Assembly: GCA_025457915.1 (NCBI GenBank)
Contig: JALOTL010000005.1
Location: 132,852-196,851 of the forward strand
Source of the DNA: Spirochaetota bacterium
GTDB taxonomy: Bacteria; Spirochaetota; UBA4802; UBA5550
Direction of reading: 5' to 3'
Length of the DNA stretch: 64,000 nt
Of the stretch, positions 50,743 through 59,190 are shown one piece after another (the first letter of the stretch is position 1; each line of letters opens with the position of its first letter). The translations under genes were made by a program, and so were the position numbers. Below the pieces are notes generated by a model, which saw only the letters and a list, made by a program, of their open reading frames with translations, had not been told where the DNA came from and did no database searches.

Positions 50743-53700
50743 ATGAACGCTTCAGTCGAAAAAGAAGCCGGGAGGGATTTCAATGATCTGCTCCTGCCTC
50801 TCGGCGATAGAATCGGCGCTCTTCAGAAGGCTAATAATCTGATCGCCGAATTGAACCACCCGAATATCGACTGGAAGTATGCCGTCGACGGAATCCGCTC
50901 CTACCTTTTCGATTTTTTCCATGACATCGAACCCTACTCTGACAGGGTGATTCCCATACTTCTGCATTTCCTTGAAGATGCCACGGCCCGGGGCAGGTCT
51001 TCCTCCCTGCGCGCTTGCGATACTTATCTGGACAGGTACTCCTTCGTCCTCAGGGAGACGGGTTTTCCGAATCTCGGCCTGGCTTTCAGCGCCCATTTTC
51101 CCGGTTATCTCGACCTGCTTACGGCCGAGTCCGGCAAGGGCCTTTATTTGAGCGGGGTGAACGGGAGGCTGATGGATACAGGATCCCTCTACGAACGCTC
51201 GGGATTGTCCGGGAGGGACGAATACGGCAAACTGGTATCCCTGCTGATATCGCAGTATGAACTTTATATCGGAAGATCGATAATTACGACGGAAAGCGAA
51301 CTGCGGGAACTCGGTGGAACGCCGGAACTGACGGGCCTGCTGTCGGACGTTTCCGCCGAATCATATTCCGGAAGGCTCAGGGAGATCAGGGCGCTCGCGG
51401 ATGCAGGGCGGGGAGATTTTTTCGCCGCGGCCTCGGGGCTGGTTGATTTTTCGCACAATGCGAGGTGCTGGGAAAGGGCCTGCGCGTATGTGAGGAAGGC
51501 CTTCGAAGAAGGAAATATATCAGGAGACCCGGTGATCATGGGGATACTCTCGTACCTCGTTAGGAAGTCGAACGAGGGCGGCGACAGGGACCTCCAGATG
51601 CACATATCCAGGACGGCAGCTGCCGCCTGCTCGATATTCTCCTCCAATACCGACGTTCTCAGGGGTATAATTGACCTGGTAATGCCCGCGCTTCTCGCGG
51701 AAATAGACAGGGGCGGGAATTATTTTTCCGCGTTTTCCACCATATACAACATCGGCAAGACCGTGGTCGGTTCCGGCAAGAAAACGATAATCGACTATTT
51801 CGTAGACTTTCTCGTGAAGTCTAAGTTCTGCTTCCCGGAGTTTTCCGGGATCGCCCAGGACTGGTCCGTGATAGTGAACTCGAGCCACCTGGAAAACATC
51901 AGGACATGGATGAAGCTCATCGAGCTCAACCCGACGCTCATGAAGAGGCTGGCGTCCAGCCTCATAGTCAACCTGAAGCTCGGCGGCGTTTTCCTGAAGG
52001 ACACCGACGTTTTCCAGAGGGACGTGTCGAGGCTCCTGAACAGCGATTACTCTGACGTCTTCTACCTGGTGATATCGCTTGCCGCTGTTTTTCCGGCCTT
52101 CTATCACGACATCGGGGCCACCGGCGACATCAGGTCCTACACCGAAAGGATAGACACGAACCATAAAATGGACGACCTGATCCATTTCCTGCGCAAGCAG
52201 GTGCACGTCGAGTCCTCGAGCAGGACAGTCTACCTTTTCCAGCGGGTGATGGAATTCTGGCTGACCGGCGACAGCGGCCTGCTGGAGGGAATGGTGCCGC
52301 AGGAGGTCTTCGAAAGGCTCGACGGTTTTTTTGAAATGATGAATCTCGACTCGGACCCGGCCGCCCGCGCCGTCCTCGACGGCGCCAGGAGCGTTTTCGA
52401 AGAACTCTCCGGGCTGAGTTTCTGGGATTTCCTGGACAGGGTCGACGGCGGCGCCTTCCTGGAAGCGGCCCGGCGCCTGGAGCCGGCCGGCATAGGTCCC
52501 GGCGAAAAGGAAAGGGCGCTGCGGCATTTCGCCGGGTACTTCGAATCGCGGAACCCGGCGGAGATGACCAAGATGCTGGCCTGCATGAAAAACAGGTTCG
52601 GCATCGACGCGTCAGGCAGGGATATGTGGAAGCGCCTTTACGAGATACCGGACGACGAGTTCAGGGGCCTTTTCGAGGACGTAAAGGGCGAAGAGTTTTC
52701 CAGGGTCAACGTTGAAAAATTCATCACCTTCCTGCACGTGTACAGGATGCTCTTCGACAAGTATAATTTCTCCGAGGTGAGGGGCGTCGAGAAGCTTGAA
52801 TCATACGCCGCGGAAAACCTCTTCGAACCGGGCGCGGGTTTTTTCGAAGCCCTGAGGAAGGGCGGCGCGTTCGAATCCCTCGACGCGCTCCTGTCGCTAC
52901 AGGACTCGCTGAAGTCCGGCGTGCTGCTGGGCGGGAAGACCTTCGAGCCGCTCGATACCATCGAGTTCAAGAGGCACATAGCGTTCGGCATCCCTTCCAT
53001 GTACGGTTCATACAAGGAGAAAAAGTTCGACACCCTCAAGGTTTTTTTTCACACCAACCTGATAATCGTGGGCCTTTTCGAGAGGTCATACGCCTCGCTC
53101 GGCATCATGAAGGGCGGCCCGGTGGATTACGCCGAGACCGCCGGGTTCATCCGGCTGTTTTTCAGGAAGTTCCTGATCGACGGGCTCATGAACCAGGAAA
53201 TGGTCACGGTCATAAGCCTGCTGGAGACGCCGAACCTCAGGATTTCCCAGTTCAGGGACATCGTCAACCACCTGCTCGGAATACACGGGGAGATATCCGA
53301 CAGGTTCAACGAGACCTTCAAGGACGTCTGCCGCGAGGCCATAAAAAACATAGGCATCGAAAGGATTTCCAGGAGGTTCCTGCCCGACGAAAGCGAGAGC
53401 AGCGTCGACGTGGTCGTCGACAGGTTCCTCAGGGACCAGATAATGCAGACGCCCCTCCTCCAGCTTTTCGACAACCTGCTGATAAGGCTCAAGGAGCGCC
53501 TCGCGACCGAGCTGGCGATGAGGGGGGACGGCGTCTGTCTCAACCCGGTTTCAGGTCCCCCGGCAAGGGGCGGGATAGCCTTCCGGATAGGAAAGACCCC
53601 GGCCGCGGGGGTTGCCGCGCCGGTGTGGGAGACAGGCGGGAAGGCGTACGGGCTCCTCTTTGCGTCCGAAATAGAAGGCATCAGGATCCCGGAGGGTTTC

Positions 53701-55101
53701 ATACTTTCATCAGGGCTTTACAAGAGGGTAAAGGACGGCAACCTGAAGAACCCAAGGTTCAGGGAGCGCATGATGGGGCTCCTCAGGAAGGAGATCCCGC
53801 TTTTTACCGGCAACAGGTTCGGCAACATGGACAATCCGGTCCTTCTCTCGGTCAGGAGCGGCGCGGTGTTCTCCATGCCCGGCGTGATGGACACCATAAC
53901 GAACGTTGGGATAACGAAGGACATAATCGATTTCTACGCGGAGAGGGACCCGTGGTTCGCGTATGACTGCTACAGGAGGCTGATCCAGGACCTGGCAATT
54001 TCATCCTACGGGATGGACAGATCGATTTTCGAGAAGCTCATGAGCCAGGCCAAGGAAGAGGCGGGCGTCGCACTCAAGGAGGAGCTGACCTCCGGCCAGA
54101 TGGAGATACTGACAAGGAAGTACCGCTACGCCATAAACTCCCACGGTTTCTCCGTGCCGGAGGACCCGTACGAACAGCTCTTCGAGGCGATACTGTCCGT
54201 GTACAGGTCATGGGAATCGCCTATCGCCAGGAATTTCAGGGATTTCGTCAACATATCCGGCGAGTGGGGGACTGCGGTCATAGTCCAGAGGATGATATTC
54301 GGAAATTACTCTCCTTCCGACATAACCGGGGTCGTATACAGCCAGAACCTCGGCAACGAAAACATCGGCCTCTTCGGAGAATACAAGACCAGGGCCCAGG
54401 GGCACGACATAGTAAGCGGCGTCGCCAGGGTGTTCCCGGTCAGCGAGGAGCAGAAGAGGGTCTACGCCAAATCCAGGGCGTTTCCGTCCATGGAGAAGAA
54501 TTTTCCCGGCCTTTATTCGGCGCTTTACGACGCCGTCAGGAGGATAAGGGAGGGGTGGAGGAACGACGTGGAGATCGAGTTCACGATTGAAAACAACAAT
54601 CTCTACATACTCCAGATCAGGGGAATGACCAGGCACACCTTCGAAATAGAGGAGCTGGAATCAAACAGGGACGAGCTTCATTACTGCCTGCTCGGGCAGG
54701 GCCTCGCCGCCTCGGGCGGAGTGGTGTCCGGCAGGGCCGTCTTCGGCATCGGGAGGATAGATTTCTTCAGGGAAAGGTTCAGGGACGAAAAGATCGTGCT
54801 GGTGAGGCCCGAGACCACGCCGGAGGAGGTCATCGGCATCAAGAAGTCGGACGGCATTCTTACCTGCGTCGGCGGCATGACGTCGCACGCCGTTTTACAG
54901 ATGAGGCGGTTCGAGAAGTCCGGCGTGAGCGATTTTTCCGCGATGAAGATAGACGAATCAAGGAACAGCGCCACGGTCAGGAAGGAGTTTTTCGAAAAAG
55001 ACCACGTGGTGATCAACGAGGGGGACTACATAACCATAGACGGGAATACCGGGAACGTATATCTCGGATATCATAAGACGAAAAAAAAGATTACCCAATA
55101 A
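50743..55101 (+). CDS. Giant multidomain protein: unknown ~850-aa N-terminal region + PPDK-like ATP-grasp nucleotide-binding domain + PEP-utilising phosphohistidine swivel domain (no PEP/pyruvate TIM barrel)
   Basis: 1452 aa. C-terminal about 570 aa align by eye to PPDK residues about 1-530 (GGKAYGL...PEGFILSS, NPVLLSVRSGAVFSMPGVMDTITNVGI, FAYDCYRRLIQ, LLGQGLAASGGVVSGRAVF, GILTCVGGMTSHAVL with catalytic His). Ends after the swivel domain. Confidence 0.7.
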   Translation: MNASVEKEAGRDFNDLLLPLGDRIGALQKANNLIAELNHPNIDWKYAVDGIRSYLFDFFHDIEPYSDRVIPILLHFLEDATARGRSSSLRACDTYLDRYSFVLRETGFPNLGLAFSAHFPGYLDLLTAESGKGLYLSGVNGRLMDTGSLYERSGLSGRDEYGKLVSLLISQYELYIGRSIITTESELRELGGTPELTGLLSDVSAESYSGRLREIRALADAGRGDFFAAASGLVDFSHNARCWERACAYVRKAFEEGNISGDPVIMGILSYLVRKSNEGGDRDLQMHISRTAAAACSIFSSNTDVLRGIIDLVMPALLAEIDRGGNYFSAFSTIYNIGKTVVGSGKKTIIDYFVDFLVKSKFCFPEFSGIAQDWSVIVNSSHLENIRTWMKLIELNPTLMKRLASSLIVNLKLGGVFLKDTDVFQRDVSRLLNSDYSDVFYLVISLAAVFPAFYHDIGATGDIRSYTERIDTNHKMDDLIHFLRKQVHVESSSRTVYLFQRVMEFWLTGDSGLLEGMVPQEVFERLDGFFEMMNLDSDPAARAVLDGARSVFEELSGLSFWDFLDRVDGGAFLEAARRLEPAGIGPGEKERALRHFAGYFESRNPAEMTKMLACMKNRFGIDASGRDMWKRLYEIPDDEFRGLFEDVKGEEFSRVNVEKFITFLHVYRMLFDKYNFSEVRGVEKLESYAAENLFEPGAGFFEALRKGGAFESLDALLSLQDSLKSGVLLGGKTFEPLDTIEFKRHIAFGIPSMYGSYKEKKFDTLKVFFHTNLIIVGLFERSYASLGIMKGGPVDYAETAGFIRLFFRKFLIDGLMNQEMVTVISLLETPNLRISQFRDIVNHLLGIHGEISDRFNETFKDVCREAIKNIGIERISRRFLPDESESSVDVVVDRFLRDQIMQTPLLQLFDNLLIRLKERLATELAMRGDGVCLNPVSGPPARGGIAFRIGKTPAAGVAAPVWETGGKAYGLLFASEIEGIRIPEGFILSSGLYKRVKDGNLKNPRFRERMMGLLRKEIPLFTGNRFGNMDNPVLLSVRSGAVFSMPGVMDTITNVGITKDIIDFYAERDPWFAYDCYRRLIQDLAISSYGMDRSIFEKLMSQAKEEAGVALKEELTSGQMEILTRKYRYAINSHGFSVPEDPYEQLFEAILSVYRSWESPIARNFRDFVNISGEWGTAVIVQRMIFGNYSPSDITGVVYSQNLGNENIGLFGEYKTRAQGHDIVSGVARVFPVSEEQKRVYAKSRAFPSMEKNFPGLYSALYDAVRRIREGWRNDVEIEFTIENNNLYILQIRGMTRHTFEIEELESNRDELHYCLLGQGLAASGGVVSGRAVFGIGRIDFFRERFRDEKIVLVRPETTPEEVIGIKKSDGILTCVGGMTSHAVLQMRRFEKSGVSDFSAMKIDESRNSATVRKEFFEKDHVVINEGDYITIDGNTGNVYLGYHKTKKKITQ

Positions 55102-55115
55102 CGGAAGACGGGAGG

Positions 55116-56273
55116 TTGGAAATGGGAAGCATATCGACGGGCTCGCCGGTCGGGATTTCCGGGATCGGCAGGATAGGAAAGCTGCTGGCGTGGGTTTTAT
55201 CCGCGAGGAAGGAGCAGAAGGAGATCGTCATCTCCACCGGGAGGGGCACCGGGAAGAGGATCGAGGACCTGGCCACGTACCTGGCCTGGGACTCCACTTA
55301 CGGCAAGTACGCGAGGTTCGTCCACGGGTACAGGACTGACAGCGCGATAGAGATAATCGACGGGAGCGTCTACATGAACGGCGTCAGGGTCATCTGGCTC
55401 AACGATCCCAAACACAGGGTCCCGGGGACCATCCCGTGGTCTGAACACGGCGTAGAGCTGGTGTTCGACACGACCGGTAAAATGCTCGACCCGGCGGCGA
55501 ACGACGACAACTCCCTGAGGGGACACCTCAACCACGCCAGGAAGGTGGTGCTTACCGCGCCCTTCAAGGCGAAAAACAAGGGGACACCCGTGCCGGACGA
55601 CTCCGTGACCGTCGTCGGCGGAGTGAATTTCGACAGATACGATCCCGAAAGGCACAGGATCGTGTCCAACGCCTCATGCACCACGAACTGCGTGGCGCCA
55701 CCGATCAAGGCCCTCGTCGACCACTTCGGGGAAAGGTTCATATCGTATTCGCTCACCACGGTGCACGCGGTAACGAATTCGCAGAGCGTGCTTGACGTGC
55801 TTCCTAAAGACGGGGACAGCGACACCAGGAAGAGGAGGAGCATACTCAACAACATGATACCGACGTCGACCGGCGCGGCAAACGCGGTCATAGAGGTGGT
55901 GCCGGAGATCAGGGACCTGGGAATAGGCTCGCAGGCGTCGTCGATAAGGGTCCCGACCAGCACCGGTTCGATCGTCATACTCGACATATCACTGATGGGG
56001 GAATACGACAACGCGCATATTCATGATATATTCAGGACCTACTCCGAGAAGAACCCGGGGATAATGAAGTTCTCGACGGAACAGCTGGTAAGCTCGGACG
56101 TCATAGGCAGCACCTACTCGACGATATACGATTCGCTGTTCACGCACAGGAGGACTTCGAAGAGGGGCGAGCAGTATTACACGATGGTCGACCTGAATTT
56201 CTGGTATGACAACGAGTTCGGCTACGTCAATTCGCTCATGAGGCTCTACGACCGCATGTGCGGCAGGGCGTAA
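55116..56273 (+). CDS. Glyceraldehyde-3-phosphate dehydrogenase family protein (divergent, elongated)
   Basis: 385 aa. NAD-binding ISGIGRIGK; catalytic SNASCTTNCVAP; TTVHA, TGAA, WYDNEFGY motifs. Insertions relative to canonical 335-aa GAPDH. Starts 15 bp after the giant gene. Confidence 0.75.
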   Translation: MEMGSISTGSPVGISGIGRIGKLLAWVLSARKEQKEIVISTGRGTGKRIEDLATYLAWDSTYGKYARFVHGYRTDSAIEIIDGSVYMNGVRVIWLNDPKHRVPGTIPWSEHGVELVFDTTGKMLDPAANDDNSLRGHLNHARKVVLTAPFKAKNKGTPVPDDSVTVVGGVNFDRYDPERHRIVSNASCTTNCVAPPIKALVDHFGERFISYSLTTVHAVTNSQSVLDVLPKDGDSDTRKRRSILNNMIPTSTGAANAVIEVVPEIRDLGIGSQASSIRVPTSTGSIVILDISLMGEYDNAHIHDIFRTYSEKNPGIMKFSTEQLVSSDVIGSTYSTIYDSLFTHRRTSKRGEQYYTMVDLNFWYDNEFGYVNSLMRLYDRMCGRA

Positions 56274-56297
56274 GGCCCGCCCAGGCCGGGGGCCGGA

Positions 56298-57536
56298 TCA
56301 CCTGCCGGCCAGTTCCCGGTCAATGATCCCTTCAAGTATCTCCCGGGGCACCAGCCCGCCGAGCCTTCTGCCGGCGATGAATATCGCCGGGGTCCCCCTG
56401 ATTTTAAGCTTTTCGCCCGCGGCTATGCCGCCGAAAAGCCTGTCGCTGACGGTTTCGGAATCGATCAGCGCGGAGAACCCGCTTTCGTCAGGCGCCAGGC
56501 CGGCCTTCCCGGCGGCCAGCCTGTAGTTTTCCATCATGTCGGTTTTTTCATATCCCCTTGAATACTTTTCGTATGCGGAAAAGTGCGCCACGAGGTATTC
56601 CCTGAAAAGGCCCTTGTCCGAGGCCGCGATTATGGCCCTCGATGCGAGGCAGGAATTTTTGTAAACCGTCCTCGAGACGCCCGGGTTGCACTCCTTGTCG
56701 AGCGGATAGATGTAGTAGACGAATTTTATCCTGCCCCTGTATTTGGAGAGGAGGAACTTTTCCATCTTGAACAGTTCGTAGCAGTGGCTGCAGAGGAAGT
56801 CCGTGAAGACCGTTACGGTCACGGGCGCGTCCGGGTTTCCTATGATCATTTTGCTGTCGGGCAGGTCGGGCTTCTCGACGGCATAATTATAGAAGTCCTT
56901 TATGAATGAAGACACCTCCGCGTCGGACGCGTGCATGTCCTCCGTCTTGAGCCTCAGGTTGAACGAAGCGGAAAAAACCGCGAAGGCCAGAAGGACCGCG
57001 AAGAGCATGAAGGCCGAGATGAACGCCTTCTTGAAATGGTCTCCGGCGCCGATGCTGATGATCCCCCTGAGGTTGCCGGCAAGGTCCGCCATGCCCCAGC
57101 CCTTTTCGATCCTGCATAGCATGAAAAGCGCCGCGAATATGAGGATGCTGATGATGTAGGTCGCGAAGCAAAGCGGGCAGAAGGTGCTTATCACTATCAG
57201 GATGATCCCGAGCGCCAGGTCGGCGGCCAGGGAAAGCGCCGAGAGCGGGAGCAGAATTGCCACGGCGTATCCGTAAAGCTCGCCCTCCGCGTAATCGGCG
57301 ATCAGCACGGTAAAAAGCGTGAAGAGATAAAAAAGGAGCCCGTATGCGGCAAGGGGCAGTCCGAAAATGACCGAATACCTGGATTGTCCGAGCGCGAGGC
57401 ACGGGTTTTCAAGCGCGTCGCCGCATGATATGACGGGCAGCTGTGAGTCCGGATAGTAGTGCTGGAAAAAAAGTATCCCGGACACGGCCGCGCCGGCGAT
57501 TGAAAGCGCGATAAGCGCGTAAATGTATTTTTTCAT
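56298..57536 (-). CDS. Vitamin K epoxide reductase (VKOR) domain fused to DsbA-like thioredoxin domain
   Basis: 412 aa. Five TM helices with a loop Cys pair and TM CPLC (VKOR-like). C-terminal periplasmic thioredoxin fold with CSHC active site. Confidence 0.8.
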   Translation of the reverse strand: MKKYIYALIALSIAGAAVSGILFFQHYYPDSQLPVISCGDALENPCLALGQSRYSVIFGLPLAAYGLLFYLFTLFTVLIADYAEGELYGYAVAILLPLSALSLAADLALGIILIVISTFCPLCFATYIISILIFAALFMLCRIEKGWGMADLAGNLRGIISIGAGDHFKKAFISAFMLFAVLLAFAVFSASFNLRLKTEDMHASDAEVSSFIKDFYNYAVEKPDLPDSKMIIGNPDAPVTVTVFTDFLCSHCYELFKMEKFLLSKYRGRIKFVYYIYPLDKECNPGVSRTVYKNSCLASRAIIAASDKGLFREYLVAHFSAYEKYSRGYEKTDMMENYRLAAGKAGLAPDESGFSALIDSETVSDRLFGGIAAGEKLKIRGTPAIFIAGRRLGGLVPREILEGIIDRELAGR

Positions 57537-58036
57537 GGCAGCTTCCTTTTTAAATGTATTCTCTTTCCGCAGATAACGAGATAAAACTCCCCGTCGGTTT
57601 CGTCAAGCCTTTCAAGCACGTGGAAGGAGGGGGAGCGCCTGAATTTCGCGGTCAGCCTCCCGCCCGACACCATGCAGTACAGCGCGTTGTTTTCCCCCAC
57701 CGAAAGGGTGGCCGGGTCAAGCTCCTCCGCAGCGCCGGTTGACAGGTTCAGGACGGCCTTTTCGAACTCGCCGAACCCCTCGAAAGTCACCCCGGTGACG
57801 AACACCGGCGCGTCCTCGACACTGACCGGGTAAACGTAGTCTCCGTAATGTATCACGTATATTCCGTCGGACGTCACGCCGATCGATTTATTGAAGAAAT
57901 CTATAATGTTTTTGTTTAAAAACGGCTGCCCGTTGTGGAACCAGTTTCCCTCCCTGTCGAGGAATATCCGGTCGTCGAGCCTTCCCGAAATCAGCAGCTC
58001 CCTCAGGTATTCCGGAAGTTCAGGGCAGGCTTCCAT
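57533..58036 (-). CDS. Hypothetical protein (DUF; conserved small cytoplasmic protein)
   Basis: 167 aa. ATGA-coupled to the VKOR gene. Sits 3 bp from the dgt-like stop. No clear family. Confidence 0.5.
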   Translation of the reverse strand: MEACPELPEYLRELLISGRLDDRIFLDREGNWFHNGQPFLNKNIIDFFNKSIGVTSDGIYVIHYGDYVYPVSVEDAPVFVTGVTFEGFGEFEKAVLNLSTGAAEELDPATLSVGENNALYCMVSGGRLTAKFRRSPSFHVLERLDETDGEFYLVICGKRIHLKRKLP

Positions 58037-58038
58037 AT

Positions 58039-59190
58039 CTATACCCTTATCATTGGATCGGTGAGCTTCCTGTGCTCCTCGAGCGCGTACCTGTCGGTCA
58101 TCCCGGCTATGAAGTCCGCGGTTGTCTTGAACACGCCCTCTGACTCTATCCTCGTCTGGTAGTCGTCCGGCAGGGTGTCCGGATGCACCGTGTAAATCCG
58201 GAACAGGTCGATCATCACCTTCTGCGCCTTCATGGACATCCTCGCGACCCTGTAGTGCTGGTAAAGCCTTTCCCTGAGGAACTTCTTCAGCTCGCCGTTT
58301 GCCGATTTGACGGGGTCGTTGAATCCCGTCAGCTTTTCGCCGGCTTTCCTGACGTCGTCCAGGTTCTTTACCGATTTTTTTTCAAGGTTGCCGACGGTGT
58401 GTTTGATGAGGTCGGACACGAGGAGGTTGATTATCGCCCTGATCATGGTCCTGGCGCCTATCCTGCCGTCGGACCCGGAGTCCCCCATGCGGTCCTCAAC
58501 CATCGAGTAGATGGCGAGCCTTTTTATGTCCTCCATTTTTATGAGTCCCGAGGAAAGGCCGTCGTCAAGGTCGTGGTTGTTGTAGGCTATCTCGTCGGCG
58601 ATGTCGATTATCTGCGCCTCGAGGGTCGGCTGTTCCTCCGGCAGGAAATCCGTGAAGACCGCGCGGTCGTACTGCGATGAGTGCTTGATTATGCCCTCCC
58701 TGGTCTCCCAGGTGAGGTTCAGGCCCATGAAGCCGGGGTAGGCGATCTCTATCTCATCCACGACCCTGAGGCTCTGCCTGTTGTGCTCGAAACCCCCGTG
58801 GTCTTTAAGGAGCCTGTTGAGCTCCTTTTCGCCGGCGTGCCCGAACGGCGTGTGGCCGAGGTCGTGGGCGAGGGCGATGCTTTCAGCCAGGTCCTCGTTC
58901 AGCCTGAGGGTCCTGGCGATCGTCCTCGAAATCTGCGCCACCTCCATGGTGTGGGTGAGCCGCGTCCTGTAGTGGTCTCCCTCGTGGTTGATGAACACCT
59001 GGGTCTTGTATTCAAGGCGCCTGAAGGCCCTGGAGTGGATTATCCTTTCCCTGTCCCTCTGGAACTCGGTCCTGTACGGGTGGGGGTCTTCCGGGTGGAC
59101 GCGGCCCCTGGTGCGGGAGGACCTGGCCGCCCATGGAGCGATGCCCATTTCCTCGATCTCCTCGAGGTATTTTCTGTCGGCCGGTATCAT
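58039..59190 (-). CDS. dGTP triphosphohydrolase-like HD-domain protein
   Basis: 383 aa. IIHSRAFRRLEYKTQVF...RLTHTMEVAQI...AHDLGHTPFGHAGE HD motifs typical of Dgt-like proteins. Confidence 0.85.
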   Translation of the reverse strand: MIPADRKYLEEIEEMGIAPWAARSSRTRGRVHPEDPHPYRTEFQRDRERIIHSRAFRRLEYKTQVFINHEGDHYRTRLTHTMEVAQISRTIARTLRLNEDLAESIALAHDLGHTPFGHAGEKELNRLLKDHGGFEHNRQSLRVVDEIEIAYPGFMGLNLTWETREGIIKHSSQYDRAVFTDFLPEEQPTLEAQIIDIADEIAYNNHDLDDGLSSGLIKMEDIKRLAIYSMVEDRMGDSGSDGRIGARTMIRAIINLLVSDLIKHTVGNLEKKSVKNLDDVRKAGEKLTGFNDPVKSANGELKKFLRERLYQHYRVARMSMKAQKVMIDLFRIYTVHPDTLPDDYQTRIESEGVFKTTADFIAGMTDRYALEEHRKLTDPMIRV

